A stretch of DNA of 58,098 nucleotides from Bdellovibrionales bacterium. Lineage in GTDB: Bacteria > Bdellovibrionota > Bdellovibrionia > Bdellovibrionales > UBA1609. The position numbers were made by a program, and so were the translations under genes. Positions 9,139 to 18,212 of the stretch are shown here, piece after piece. The DNA is taken from the NCBI GenBank assembly GCA_050633065.1, contig JBOEFV010000036.1, positions 1 through 58,098 on the forward strand. Direction: 5' to 3'. Numbering within the stretch: the first letter of the stretch is position 1; each line of letters begins with the position of its first letter. The notes under the pieces were generated by a model. That model was given only the letters and a program-made list of their open reading frames with translations. It ran no database searches and had not been told where the DNA came from.

Positions 9139-10116
9139 CTATCGTAAAGTGACACTAGCCATATCAACGACAGCCCTAAGCTTCTTCTTTTCCTGAAAGA
9201 AAAAGTATTCAGGCTCTTCAGTTCCTGTAAATTTACTTTTAAAAAAATGTAGCCCCTTAGGCTTATAAAAGATTGGCATTTTATAAAACACTTTAAACAT
9301 CTTTGCTATAAACGTTTTTTCTTCAATGTTTGCAAAAGGGTTAAGCCCTAGGTTCAGCTCTTCTATTTCTAGCTCTTGAAAATATCTGATCAAAGATGAA
9401 ATTAAAAAAGACAGCGCATGCTTATCTTTTTGAGGGTTATATATAAGGTCATCCACGTAAAAGCACTTTTTGCCAAGCTTCCAGTATGGAAGAAGACTAC
9501 AAAAAGCTAGTATTTCCCCAGCCTTTTCCACAATAAATATTTTTTCATAACTGTTACTCACACTAGAACTTAACGGAGAAGATAATAAAAATTTTAATTT
9601 CACTGGGAGTTTTCTTTTTTTCCATTCCTTAAAAAGCTTTTGAAGATTTTCTTTTCTCTTCCCACCAATCTCTTCTAGAGCTGTTAATGTATAATTTTGT
9701 TCTAAACCCTTTTTTAAAGCTCTTCTGACCTCACGGGCTTCTGAGGTTTTCAAATCAAACTCCCTAAGTTTAATACTAGTACTGGTGCCAATACTGGATT
9801 TTAAAAAACCTTCTTCATTCCACTCATTACCAACATAGTAACCACAGATGTTTTTTTGCTTCTTCTTTGAGAATTGTTTAAACCCCTCATAAATCTTGTG
9901 TTTGGCAGGGCCTGACTCACCAATAGCCTCCCCAGCAATAATATGATGTTTTCCTCTTACTTCAAAAGCTAGTAAAGCATGATCATTAGCAAAAAATCTT
10001 TTGTTTGTTTTCCAGTGCGTAAGAAAGCACGGAGGAGTGTTTAAGAACTTTCTTTGTTCAAACCACGAAAAAGCATCTTCAGGGTTTAACTCAACTGATT
10101 CCAAAACTCTCTCCAA
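9139..10116 (-). CDS. DUF2156 / LPG-synthase C-terminal-like protein (MprF-type aminoacyl-tRNA-dependent transferase domain, stand-alone)
   Basis: 325 aa with no TM segments. The block order fits the MprF C-terminal domain: ALLAFEVRGKHHIIAGEAIGE, IKLREFDLKTSEAREVRRALKKG, ILAFCSLLPYW...YVDDLIYNP, LNLGLNPFANI, KGLHFFKSKF. Confidence 0.7.
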   Translation of the reverse strand: MERVLESVELNPEDAFSWFEQRKFLNTPPCFLTHWKTNKRFFANDHALLAFEVRGKHHIIAGEAIGESGPAKHKIYEGFKQFSKKKQKNICGYYVGNEWNEEGFLKSSIGTSTSIKLREFDLKTSEAREVRRALKKGLEQNYTLTALEEIGGKRKENLQKLFKEWKKRKLPVKLKFLLSSPLSSSVSNSYEKIFIVEKAGEILAFCSLLPYWKLGKKCFYVDDLIYNPQKDKHALSFLISSLIRYFQELEIEELNLGLNPFANIEEKTFIAKMFKVFYKMPIFYKPKGLHFFKSKFTGTEEPEYFFFQEKKKLRAVVDMASVTLR

Positions 10117-10873
10117 ATAACTTATGAACCTCTTTGTCTTGGTATTGGTCTACGCTCTTTAAAAGCTCTTCTTTTGTATACCCTGACAAGATTGATAATA
10201 CCCTGCTTATTTCAGCTGATTCATCGTATTCAAACTGTATACGCCAAGTTCTATAACTTAATTGATATAAAGCTTTATCAAGCTGTACCACTCTCTTCTT
10301 TTTACCGTTTAAAGGATCTCTTTTGAGTTGATCAATTACAAACCCCTTTAAAGAGCTCACACCTTTAGACTCAAGCCATGTTACCTTTTCTAAAGCTTCT
10401 TTTGAAAACTCCACAGCCTTCAAACTTTCTTCTTCAATCCATGATTCATTCACTACATCAAATTGATCGCACACTGGAACATACGGCTTAATATCAAGAA
10501 TTGGGGTTTCATCTAAAAGATCATGCCCTTTAACCACAAGGTAATCAGAACCTATCTCTACAAGCTCAACACAGCTCATTCCGATTGGATTTGGTCTATA
10601 CGGAGATCTTGTAGCAAAGACCCCTTGCTTCTCTGTGGCCCTTGGGGTTTGAGTCACAGGCTTCCAATTATCATTCTTATGAAACTTGTATATCAGCCAT
10701 ATGCGTTTAAACCCATCAAGCCCTTTTAACCCCTGTTCTAGATTAAACCCTTTCTTAAGCTGAACTTTTCCTAAAACAACTCCATCATCTTCAACAGACT
10801 GCCTTGGGGCATCGTACTTATTTACATGAGCTCCTTTAAAAAATCCAATAGGCCCAAAATTAAAACTATCCAT
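10091..10873 (-). CDS. trmO: tRNA (t6A37-N6)-methyltransferase TrmO (TsaA/YaeB family)
   Basis: MDSFNFGPIGFFKGAHVNKYDAPRQ aligns with the E. coli YaeB N-terminus. RSPYRPNPIGMS and DETPILDIKPYVP blocks are present. A GTG at 10897 would add 8 codons. Start chosen by homology of the N-terminus. Confidence 0.85.
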   Translation of the reverse strand: MDSFNFGPIGFFKGAHVNKYDAPRQSVEDDGVVLGKVQLKKGFNLEQGLKGLDGFKRIWLIYKFHKNDNWKPVTQTPRATEKQGVFATRSPYRPNPIGMSCVELVEIGSDYLVVKGHDLLDETPILDIKPYVPVCDQFDVVNESWIEEESLKAVEFSKEALEKVTWLESKGVSSLKGFVIDQLKRDPLNGKKKRVVQLDKALYQLSYRTWRIQFEYDESAEISRVLSILSGYTKEELLKSVDQYQDKEVHKLFGESFGIS

Positions 10874-11600
10874 TCTGCCGGATCCACTCATACCCACAGG
10901 CTGTTAAGGCTGCGTTTACATTTAAAGAGTTCTTCACACCAAAAACTGGAAGCTTCACAATACCATCACATAAAGATAAATCTTTTTTAGAAAGCCCAAA
11001 TCTTTCATTTCCGAAAATAAGTGCTGTTTGCATTTCAAAATCTACATCAAAAATATTCTCAGCCTCAACAACCGTTTCAACACAGATCATTTTATAATTT
11101 ATTGATGATAAATATTCCCTCACCTCACCAAGATCTCTTAACTTCTTAAGGCTCACTCCCGCCCAAGCGCCCATAGAAATTTTCTTTACACGCTCATCAC
11201 TGTAGTCTGGTGTATATCCTGTAGCTATAAGCTCTCTAACTCCTAAAGCATCACAAGTGCGCACTATAGCTCCCATATTAAAAGGGGACCTAATGTTATC
11301 TAGCACTATAATTAAATCTTTTGCTTCTAAAGGCTTATCAACATCTTCAGTTTCAACAAGAATCTCTGAGTCGGTAATTTTATTGTTTAGTTCTCTTTCT
11401 ATTGGGATAACAAAGCACAAAAACTGTGTTAGTCCCATTCCCTGCTTCACTCGTCCTGCAAGACCTTGTAATTTAGGGTTTTCACTCTCTAATAAGCCTT
11501 TACAAAATAAAAACCTGTCTTCTTCTAACAGGCCCTTCTCACCCAGTTTTGCCTCAATTGAGCGGGCTAGTTTATAAAGGTCTTTAAGGTTTTTTTCCAT
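10866..11600 (-). CDS. SpoU/TrmH-family RNA 2'-O-methyltransferase
   Basis: 244 aa. SPOUT motifs LDNIRSPFNMGAIVRTCDALGV, LIFGNERFGLS and LPVFGVKNSLNVNAA. Confidence 0.8.
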   Translation of the reverse strand: MEKNLKDLYKLARSIEAKLGEKGLLEEDRFLFCKGLLESENPKLQGLAGRVKQGMGLTQFLCFVIPIERELNNKITDSEILVETEDVDKPLEAKDLIIVLDNIRSPFNMGAIVRTCDALGVRELIATGYTPDYSDERVKKISMGAWAGVSLKKLRDLGEVREYLSSINYKMICVETVVEAENIFDVDFEMQTALIFGNERFGLSKKDLSLCDGIVKLPVFGVKNSLNVNAALTACGYEWIRQNG

Positions 11601-11608
11601 GGAGCTTC

Positions 11609-13231
11609 TTAAGATAAGATCTTCTTAACCTCTTCTAAATCCAGACGTGTTGCTAAATGTTCGTATTTAGCAATTTGATGATTCTCTAATGTCTTATCTA
11701 AATCAGACCAGTCATATACTTCTTCATTGAAAAGAGCTGACACTTTCTTAGAATACTCAGGAATTACAGGGCTTAAATAAATAGCCATGTCTCTAAAAAC
11801 ATTAAGAATGCATGTCAAAACTGTCTTCGCTCTCTCAACATCTTCTTTAATACTTTTCCACGGCTGCTTTTCATCAAAGTACCTATTAGCTTCATCAGCA
11901 ATAGATCTTATCTCCTCCATAGCCCTAGCAAAATCTCTATTTTGATAATGTTTTGAGATCACTTCCGATTTAGCCTTTGAAAACTCAACAACTTTTTTGG
12001 CTTCATCATCTAATTCACCCATAAGGCCATCTAACTTCTTGCCAAGCATCTGACCACCACGAGATCCAAGATTGGTGATCTTACCTATTAAATCAGAATT
12101 CACTCTTTGTACAAAGTCTTCAAGGTTTAGATCTATATCATCTAAACCTGAATTTAATTTACACGCGTAATAGTAGCGTAAATAAAGAGGATCAATGTTT
12201 TCTAAATACTTTCTGGCTTTAATAAAAGTCCCTTTTGATTTACTCATCTTCTCACCATTTACTTTTAAAAAGCCATGCACAAAAACACCTGATGGTAACG
12301 TATAATCTGTGGCGCTAAGCATTGAGGGCCAAAAAAGAGAATGAAAGTATATAATATCTTTTCCGATAAAATGATAAATCTTAGCATCTGGATTTTTCCA
12401 GTAATCATCAAAATTCTTATTGTTTTTTTCACACCACTCTTTGGTTGCCGCTATATATCCCACGGGCGCATCCACCCAAACATAAAAGTACTTGTTGTCA
12501 TAACCAGGAATTTGAAAGCCAAAGTAGGGATCATCTCTAGAGATGTCCCAATCCCTTAACTCCCCCTCAAACCACTCCTTAAGCTTATTAGAAACTTCTT
12601 TTGATGTGTGTCCCGGGACCCATTCTTTCAAAAAACTTTGAAAATTTGAAAGCTTAACAAAAACATGATCACTGTCTTTTAAAACTGGTGTGTTTGAGCA
12701 GATTGAACATTTTGGCTCAATCACTTCACTAGTTCCATATGTGGCACCACAGTGATCACAGGAGTCCCCATACTGATCTTCTGACTTACACGATGGGCAG
12801 GTCCCTTTAACAAATCTGTCTGGTAAAAACATTTTGTCATGTTCACAGTACAACTGCTTAATCATTTTTGTTGTGATGTGCCCTTTTTCTTTTAAAGATA
12901 AATAAATTTCTGAAACAAGCTCTTTATTCTCAGGGCTGTTTGTTGATGAATAGTGGTCAAACTCTACACCAAAATCCGCAAAATCTTTTAAATGCTCATC
13001 TAAGCAGTTTGCTACAAGTTTCTCCGGTGTGATCCCCTGATCTCTTGCACTGATCATTATTGGTGTTCCATGAGTGTCGTCACCACAAATGTATATACAA
13101 TCTTCCCCTTTTGACTTCTGGTATCTCACCCAAAAGTCCGTTTGCAGATACTCCACCATATGTCCCAGGTGAAGAGAATTATTCGCATAGGGAAGCGCTG
13201 AGGTTACTATAACAGGGGCTTTTGAAGACAT
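11609..13231 (-). CDS. metG: Methionyl-tRNA synthetase (short form without C-terminal tRNA-binding appendix)
   Basis: 540 aa. HIGH-type ALPYANNSLHLGH, KMSKS motif, and Zn knuckles CPSCKS...CDHCG and CSICS. Confidence 0.95.
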   Translation of the reverse strand: MSSKAPVIVTSALPYANNSLHLGHMVEYLQTDFWVRYQKSKGEDCIYICGDDTHGTPIMISARDQGITPEKLVANCLDEHLKDFADFGVEFDHYSSTNSPENKELVSEIYLSLKEKGHITTKMIKQLYCEHDKMFLPDRFVKGTCPSCKSEDQYGDSCDHCGATYGTSEVIEPKCSICSNTPVLKDSDHVFVKLSNFQSFLKEWVPGHTSKEVSNKLKEWFEGELRDWDISRDDPYFGFQIPGYDNKYFYVWVDAPVGYIAATKEWCEKNNKNFDDYWKNPDAKIYHFIGKDIIYFHSLFWPSMLSATDYTLPSGVFVHGFLKVNGEKMSKSKGTFIKARKYLENIDPLYLRYYYACKLNSGLDDIDLNLEDFVQRVNSDLIGKITNLGSRGGQMLGKKLDGLMGELDDEAKKVVEFSKAKSEVISKHYQNRDFARAMEEIRSIADEANRYFDEKQPWKSIKEDVERAKTVLTCILNVFRDMAIYLSPVIPEYSKKVSALFNEEVYDWSDLDKTLENHQIAKYEHLATRLDLEEVKKILS

Positions 13232-13308
13232 TGCTGCTCTCCTTAGGTGTTTATCTTAATGGGGTAAAGGCTAATGCTTTTTTTTGATTTTTACTAGTCT
13301 ATATTAGG

Positions 13309-14103
13309 CTAATTCATTGGGCCTAATGAAAAAAGCTCCTCATCATGAACGCCCGAAGCTTCTACAAGGCTACTTTCAAATTTAGAAAAAGACCCTCTTT
13401 CTAAACCAAAATACTGGATAAGCTCAATAACCCACCTTGGAACTGATGTGAGAGTTTTAATCTCTAAAACCACACTGTCTGCAGGCATTCCTTTTAAAAA
13501 AGTCTTATAATCATAATTAGCGATATCGTAGTGCCCCGGAACCACATCAAATTTCTTAGATTTACAAAATTTTAAATCTCTATCAAAAGTAATTCGAACG
13601 TACTCATCAAATACTGAAAAGAACGCAAGCCTCCGGTACTGAGTAAAAATCTTAGGCCTTGCGTGAAGCTCTTCAGCCTTTCTGATAAAGTATTTTAAAT
13701 TTTTCTTATCCTCTGCATTAAGCCCCAAAGTTCCATCTGGCCTTTTAAAAACTTCATAAAGGTCTTTAACTTCAACACAGGCTCTAATTTTATCAATCAC
13801 CATTCCTGACTTTTTCTTAACTTCAAAAAAATACGGAGGGTTCTCACCGTCAGCATAAGCCCTGATTCTCAAAGTAAACCTTTTACTCATATCTGATCTT
13901 TTATGATCCAAAAGAAGAAAGTTTGGAGAGTCTAAGTAAAGAGTATTTACCGTGTAGTAACCATCCGGCGCCTTTGCTGAATGGTTGTCTTTTTGGCAGT
14001 AGATTTCAATGTACTCTTCAATCTTAGCCACCATACTCTTAGGAATAATGTACTTTAACTCATACCTTGCAATTTTATTCCTATCTAAGCCACCACTATC
14101 CAC
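13309..14103 (-). CDS. VTC-domain (polyphosphate polymerase-type tunnel domain) protein
   Basis: 264 aa. RYELKYIIP start and alternating basic beta-strand pattern (RIRAY, FFEVKKK, LEIK) typical of the VTC/CYTH-like tunnel fold. Confidence 0.7.
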   Translation of the reverse strand: MDSGGLDRNKIARYELKYIIPKSMVAKIEEYIEIYCQKDNHSAKAPDGYYTVNTLYLDSPNFLLLDHKRSDMSKRFTLRIRAYADGENPPYFFEVKKKSGMVIDKIRACVEVKDLYEVFKRPDGTLGLNAEDKKNLKYFIRKAEELHARPKIFTQYRRLAFFSVFDEYVRITFDRDLKFCKSKKFDVVPGHYDIANYDYKTFLKGMPADSVVLEIKTLTSVPRWVIELIQYFGLERGSFSKFESSLVEASGVHDEELFSLGPMN

Positions 14104-14109
14104 AATAGC

Positions 14110-15114
14110 TTACTCCAACCCGATAAATTCACTTTTCCCAGTTTTCACTGCTAGAAGCTTAATCCTGTTATATAAGAGAGCTCCTTCAGCTTTTAGTTCT
14201 AAAAGCTTATATGAGATCTTAACTGCGTCTAAATAGATTTTAATTTTTTCTTCTGCGCCTGTAGATGTTGATGAAATCATCCTTCTCACCTGAGAGCGTG
14301 ATAAAAATTTTGATTTAAGCTTGTTGTATAGCTTCTTTTTAAATTTAAGCTCATCAAAGGCCTGTTTAAGGCTCAGCTCACTCTGCGCCTTATTCTTTTT
14401 AATTTTGTATTGCTCAAGAGCCATCTTGTTTTTTGCCTCAACCCTTTGGCCTGTAAACCCTAAAGGCAAGCTAATTCCAAGGCGAGCCACTGTGTTGTTT
14501 TCACTTGAGTCCTGATAGCTCCCTCTAACTCCAAGCTCTAGAAACTTTATAATACCACTTTTTGAGTTTTGTTCGTCAGCCACCAAAGAAACCCCTGTAT
14601 TAGCTCTATCATTAACAGCCTTTAAAAGCTTTGCTTCATTAAGATCTTTTTTAAAAGCCACACCTAGTTGAATCTTCTTGTCTGATGAGGCTTTTGACTC
14701 TGCCTGAACCAAAACTTCATTTACATCTATGTCTATTGAGCTTCTTGCTGCCGACGGGTGTGATTTTAAATATTCATTATAAGCTGAGTAAGCGTTTACA
14801 AGATCTTTTTTCCAGTTTTTAGCAATTTCCACTTTAGAGTTTCTGTAAGATCCAAAAATTTTATTCTCTGCTGTTAGATATAAAATCTGCGCTCTTTCTT
14901 CTTCTTCACTCATATTCAAAAGCTTATTTGTGGCTCCGGACTTTAATGAACCCAATTGGAATCTAAGTGTGTTGTTAAACTCTTCATCATCAAAGTTATA
15001 CTGCGTCCTTAATTCAACATCTTGAATCAAATTACCTGCAACCGTCCCTTTAGAGGCTGCAAAAGCTCCAAAAGAAAAACTAATAAAAAGAAGAATATTA
15101 ATCGCTAAACTCAA
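14110..15114 (-). CDS. Secreted protein, possibly a short TolC/OEP-like outer-membrane factor
   Basis: 334 aa with a signal peptide (ILLFISFSFGAFAAS). Alternating coiled-coil and beta segments. The C-terminal block IYLDAVKISYKLLELKAEGALLYNRIKLL resembles the end of OEP repeats. Weak call. Confidence 0.35.
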   Translation of the reverse strand: MSLAINILLFISFSFGAFAASKGTVAGNLIQDVELRTQYNFDDEEFNNTLRFQLGSLKSGATNKLLNMSEEEERAQILYLTAENKIFGSYRNSKVEIAKNWKKDLVNAYSAYNEYLKSHPSAARSSIDIDVNEVLVQAESKASSDKKIQLGVAFKKDLNEAKLLKAVNDRANTGVSLVADEQNSKSGIIKFLELGVRGSYQDSSENNTVARLGISLPLGFTGQRVEAKNKMALEQYKIKKNKAQSELSLKQAFDELKFKKKLYNKLKSKFLSRSQVRRMISSTSTGAEEKIKIYLDAVKISYKLLELKAEGALLYNRIKLLAVKTGKSEFIGLE

Positions 15115-15946
15115 CTAAAACCCTCTCACCTGTTATAAAATTTGTTTCATCTGTTATTTTAACTAAAATCTCTTTTCCATATACTGTGTCGTAACCAGTT
15201 TTTTGAAATCTCGCCGGAAGCTCTCTCACCTCAGTTCCTATTTGAAAAACCTTACCTGCTCCGCCTCTAGCGCCACTAGATCTGTATATATCAACCTCTT
15301 GCCCCACACTCACTCTGGCCGCAGAGGTGTCATTTTCAAGAACATAAGATCTCACAATTGTAGCCTTTTTTTCTGTTACAAAAGCAACAGGGTTAAAGCT
15401 TGGCACTGTTTCACCCAAAACAAAGCTTAAGTTACCAACATAGCCATCAAATGGCGCTGCAACCTCAAGCTTATCAATTTGTTTTTCTACTATACTTTTA
15501 ATCTCCATAAGAGACTGTAGCTCTAACTCAAGCAAAGTTTTTTCTTTCTTTTTTTTGATGTGCCCTACAAGCTTGGCTAAATCTTTGACGTTGCTGTTGT
15601 AAAGTCTGTACTCTGAAAATTTTTGATAAAGCTCTTTATTTACCATTGCAAGATCATATGAAAGTTTTGAGCTTGAAAGCTGAAGTATCAAATCACCTTT
15701 TTTAACTTCCTGCCCTGATGAAGTTAAAATTTTCTCAACAATAACTGGGTGCTCAAACTGCACTCTGTACTGATAAGCCTGTGTAACACCCATGAAGCTG
15801 TAGCTATACTGCTTTGCAAATGAGTAATACAACAAAAGAGCAATACACAAGCACCAACAAGTCACAAGAAATGAGTTGTATCTTGCAAAAGAAATTAAGA
15901 ACGCCTCTTCTTTTTTAGTCTGTAATTTATTCTTGCCCCAGTTCAT
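15098..15946 (-). CDS. HlyD-family periplasmic adaptor (membrane fusion protein)
   Basis: 282 aa with a single N-terminal TM (FLVTCWCLCIALLLYY). Lipoyl-like halves VEKILTSSGQEVKKGDLILQL and VAAPFDGYVGNLSFVLGETV are separated by a coiled coil. Confidence 0.6.
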   Translation of the reverse strand: MNWGKNKLQTKKEEAFLISFARYNSFLVTCWCLCIALLLYYSFAKQYSYSFMGVTQAYQYRVQFEHPVIVEKILTSSGQEVKKGDLILQLSSSKLSYDLAMVNKELYQKFSEYRLYNSNVKDLAKLVGHIKKKKEKTLLELELQSLMEIKSIVEKQIDKLEVAAPFDGYVGNLSFVLGETVPSFNPVAFVTEKKATIVRSYVLENDTSAARVSVGQEVDIYRSSGARGGAGKVFQIGTEVRELPARFQKTGYDTVYGKEILVKITDETNFITGERVLVEFSD

Positions 15947-16662
15947 TACATCTCCACTTCTTGGTCTCTAACCAATATGGAAATTCCACTTACACCATCA
16001 ATTTCTTTTAACTCTGAAACCAGATCGTTCTTACCGTATGTTTTTTTGATTTTAACATGGTAAACATAGTTTAAAAGGTCTCCTTGAGATGCCTGCCTCA
16101 TCGCAACCAAAGAATATCTTTTGCAGATCTTCTCCAAACTCAAACTTACTGCACTTTTGTTATCTGATGAGCCCTGTAGTGAAAACTTTAAAACACCATC
16201 AAATCTTGCTGTTTGAGTGAAGGGAACTTTTGATAAAACTAGAATTGTTCCAACAAATGCACCCAGTCCGAGAAAAGACACCGCTATAGCGCCAACACCA
16301 CATGAAATCCCCAGTGCCAAACTAGCAAATAAGAAAAACATATCTCTAGGGTCTCTGATGTTTGATCTAAACCTAAGAATTGAGAATGCACCCATCATAC
16401 CAATACCACGAGCTAAGCTTCCATCAATTGCCATCATTGCAATTGCTGTAACAATCGGGCTTAATACCAAAGAGTGCACAAAGCTTTTTGAGAACGATAG
16501 CCCCTGGAATGTTCCAACATACAGCGCTGCTATGGACGAGCCCACAACAAAAGCCATTAAAAATCCCATAATAGATTCTACAGGGGTTCCTGTGAGTAAA
16601 TATGCTGCTCCACCTGTCATATAATAGACGCTCCTTATTACTAGATTGGAAGTTTCTACCAT
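15946..16662 (-). CDS. DUF4956-family membrane protein (usual partner of bacterial VTC-domain proteins)
   Basis: 238 aa with 4-5 helices followed by a soluble tail. Signature-like GAFSILRFRSNIRDPRDMFFLF. Stop and next start share TAATG. Confidence 0.7.
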   Translation of the reverse strand: MVETSNLVIRSVYYMTGGAAYLLTGTPVESIMGFLMAFVVGSSIAALYVGTFQGLSFSKSFVHSLVLSPIVTAIAMMAIDGSLARGIGMMGAFSILRFRSNIRDPRDMFFLFASLALGISCGVGAIAVSFLGLGAFVGTILVLSKVPFTQTARFDGVLKFSLQGSSDNKSAVSLSLEKICKRYSLVAMRQASQGDLLNYVYHVKIKKTYGKNDLVSELKEIDGVSGISILVRDQEVEM

Positions 16663-16755
16663 TGTTTGGCGAACTGTTCACCAAACGCCCGTTTAGTGAA
16701 CTTTTTTACATTATACTGACTACTTTTTTTTCAAAAGACCTACTTTTTGAACTTT

Positions 16756-17895
16756 TTATATACTGCCAAGCTTTTTAAAAGCCCATTGCAGGCCCTTATC
16801 CTTCTTTAAATTTTTAACTGGATAGATTTCTTCTTTTTCTTTTGGGTACTTAAAGTCTGGCTCTACTCCATTTTTATCAATCATTTTACCAGAAGCTGTA
16901 AAATATCTAGCAATTGTAAGCTTAATCCCCCCCTGATCCCTTGGAAGAGGTATAACTGATTGAACCGAGCCTTTACCATAAGTCTTTTTTCCTAAAACCT
17001 TTGCCCTTTTAAGGTCTTTTAAAGCGCTTGCTACAATTTCACTCGCACTTGCACTAGAGCCATCAACTAAAACATAAAGTGGCACTTTGGGGTAAAGAGT
17101 GTTGTCCTTTTTTGCTAAGTTCACTTCATCGTTTGGATTTCGTGATTTTGTAACCACTATAACGCCTTTACTCACAAAAAGATCAACCACATCAATAGCC
17201 TCACTCAAAAGCCCTCCAGGATTATTTCTAAGATCAATCAATAGCTTATTAAATTTTTCCTCTTTTAAAATTTTAAGCATTTCTTTTTTTGTATCCGTTG
17301 AAAAACTGGTTACTCTGATAGTGAGAAGTCCTTTATCATTTAAGACTTTTCTTACAGGATTTATTTTTATTTTTTTTCTTCTTACAAACGTCTCTACTAG
17401 TTTGTCTTCACCAGATCTCAAAATTGACAACTTTATTTTCCTGTTTCTTTTCTTGGTAAAAAGATCAGAAGCTTCAACAAAATCTAAGACATTAAGTTTA
17501 ACATTATTAACTTTGACAATTTGATCTCCAGGTAAAATTCCCGCATTCCATGCTGGCGAATCCTCAACAACACTCACAACAACAAGGTTTCTTTTCTTTA
17601 ATGTTAGCTCAAACCCAATACCATTAAAGCCCCCGTCAGTTTCATTTTTGAATTTCTTAAAGCTTTTTTTTGTCAAATACCCTGAGTATGGATCAAGCCG
17701 ACCCAGCAATCCTCTTACTGAAGCTGAAACCATTTTTTCTATATCAAGCTTTTCTACATAATGCTCTTCAACCAGGTTAAAAACTTGTGTGTATATTCTT
17801 AATTTATCATATCTTCCCTCTGAATACCCCAGAGAAACTCCAAAAATTAAGTAGCTAAACACCGCACCAAAAACAAAAGTCATAAAATATTTCAT
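16756..17895 (-). CDS. S41 carboxy-terminal processing peptidase with PDZ domain
   Basis: 379 aa with an N-terminal anchor. PDZ segment (VVEDSPAWNAGILPGDQIVKVN). Catalytic blocks VDGSSASASEIVASAL and KTYGKGSVQ. Confidence 0.85.
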   Translation of the reverse strand: MKYFMTFVFGAVFSYLIFGVSLGYSEGRYDKLRIYTQVFNLVEEHYVEKLDIEKMVSASVRGLLGRLDPYSGYLTKKSFKKFKNETDGGFNGIGFELTLKKRNLVVVSVVEDSPAWNAGILPGDQIVKVNNVKLNVLDFVEASDLFTKKRNRKIKLSILRSGEDKLVETFVRRKKIKINPVRKVLNDKGLLTIRVTSFSTDTKKEMLKILKEEKFNKLLIDLRNNPGGLLSEAIDVVDLFVSKGVIVVTKSRNPNDEVNLAKKDNTLYPKVPLYVLVDGSSASASEIVASALKDLKRAKVLGKKTYGKGSVQSVIPLPRDQGGIKLTIARYFTASGKMIDKNGVEPDFKYPKEKEEIYPVKNLKKDKGLQWAFKKLGSI

Positions 17896-17906
17896 ATCGT
17901 CTCTTT

Positions 17907-18140
17907 TTAAATTAATAGTTCTTTAAGTTCTTTAATCGCACCCTCATGGGCTTTTAAAACAGTCTCTTCATCAAAGTCTTCACCCTCTAAAACCGCTTTA
18001 ACTTTTTTCTTTAAAACAACCTGCCCACCTCTAAAAACCTGTGTCACTAGTACATTTTCTTCAGGAGCCCAGCTCTCAGTCTGTATATGATAGCGTTCTT
18101 GATTATGAACAATCTCAGAATTCTTACCTTTTACACCCAT
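17907..18140 (-). CDS. Hypothetical small protein (77 aa)
   Basis: ORF only. Lies 11 nt upstream of the S41 peptidase on the same strand. No recognisable motif. Confidence 0.4.
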   Translation of the reverse strand: MGVKGKNSEIVHNQERYHIQTESWAPEENVLVTQVFRGGQVVLKKKVKAVLEGEDFDEETVLKAHEGAIKELKELLI

Positions 18141-18212
18141 AAAGCCCCCTTCGTCTCATATTAGTACGCCAAACCACCTAATGACAATCTCACATTAAGC
18201 CGAAAATAAGTT

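Noticed and set aside
16217-17524. Antisense ORFs of 135 aa (16217-16624) and 141 aa (17099-17524) opposite the DUF4956 and S41 peptidase genes. Many shorter 60-110 aa shadow ORFs appear elsewhere in the track.
   Set aside because: The opposite-strand genes carry clear family motifs. The shadow translations are Ser/Phe/Leu-rich with no motifs or RBS.
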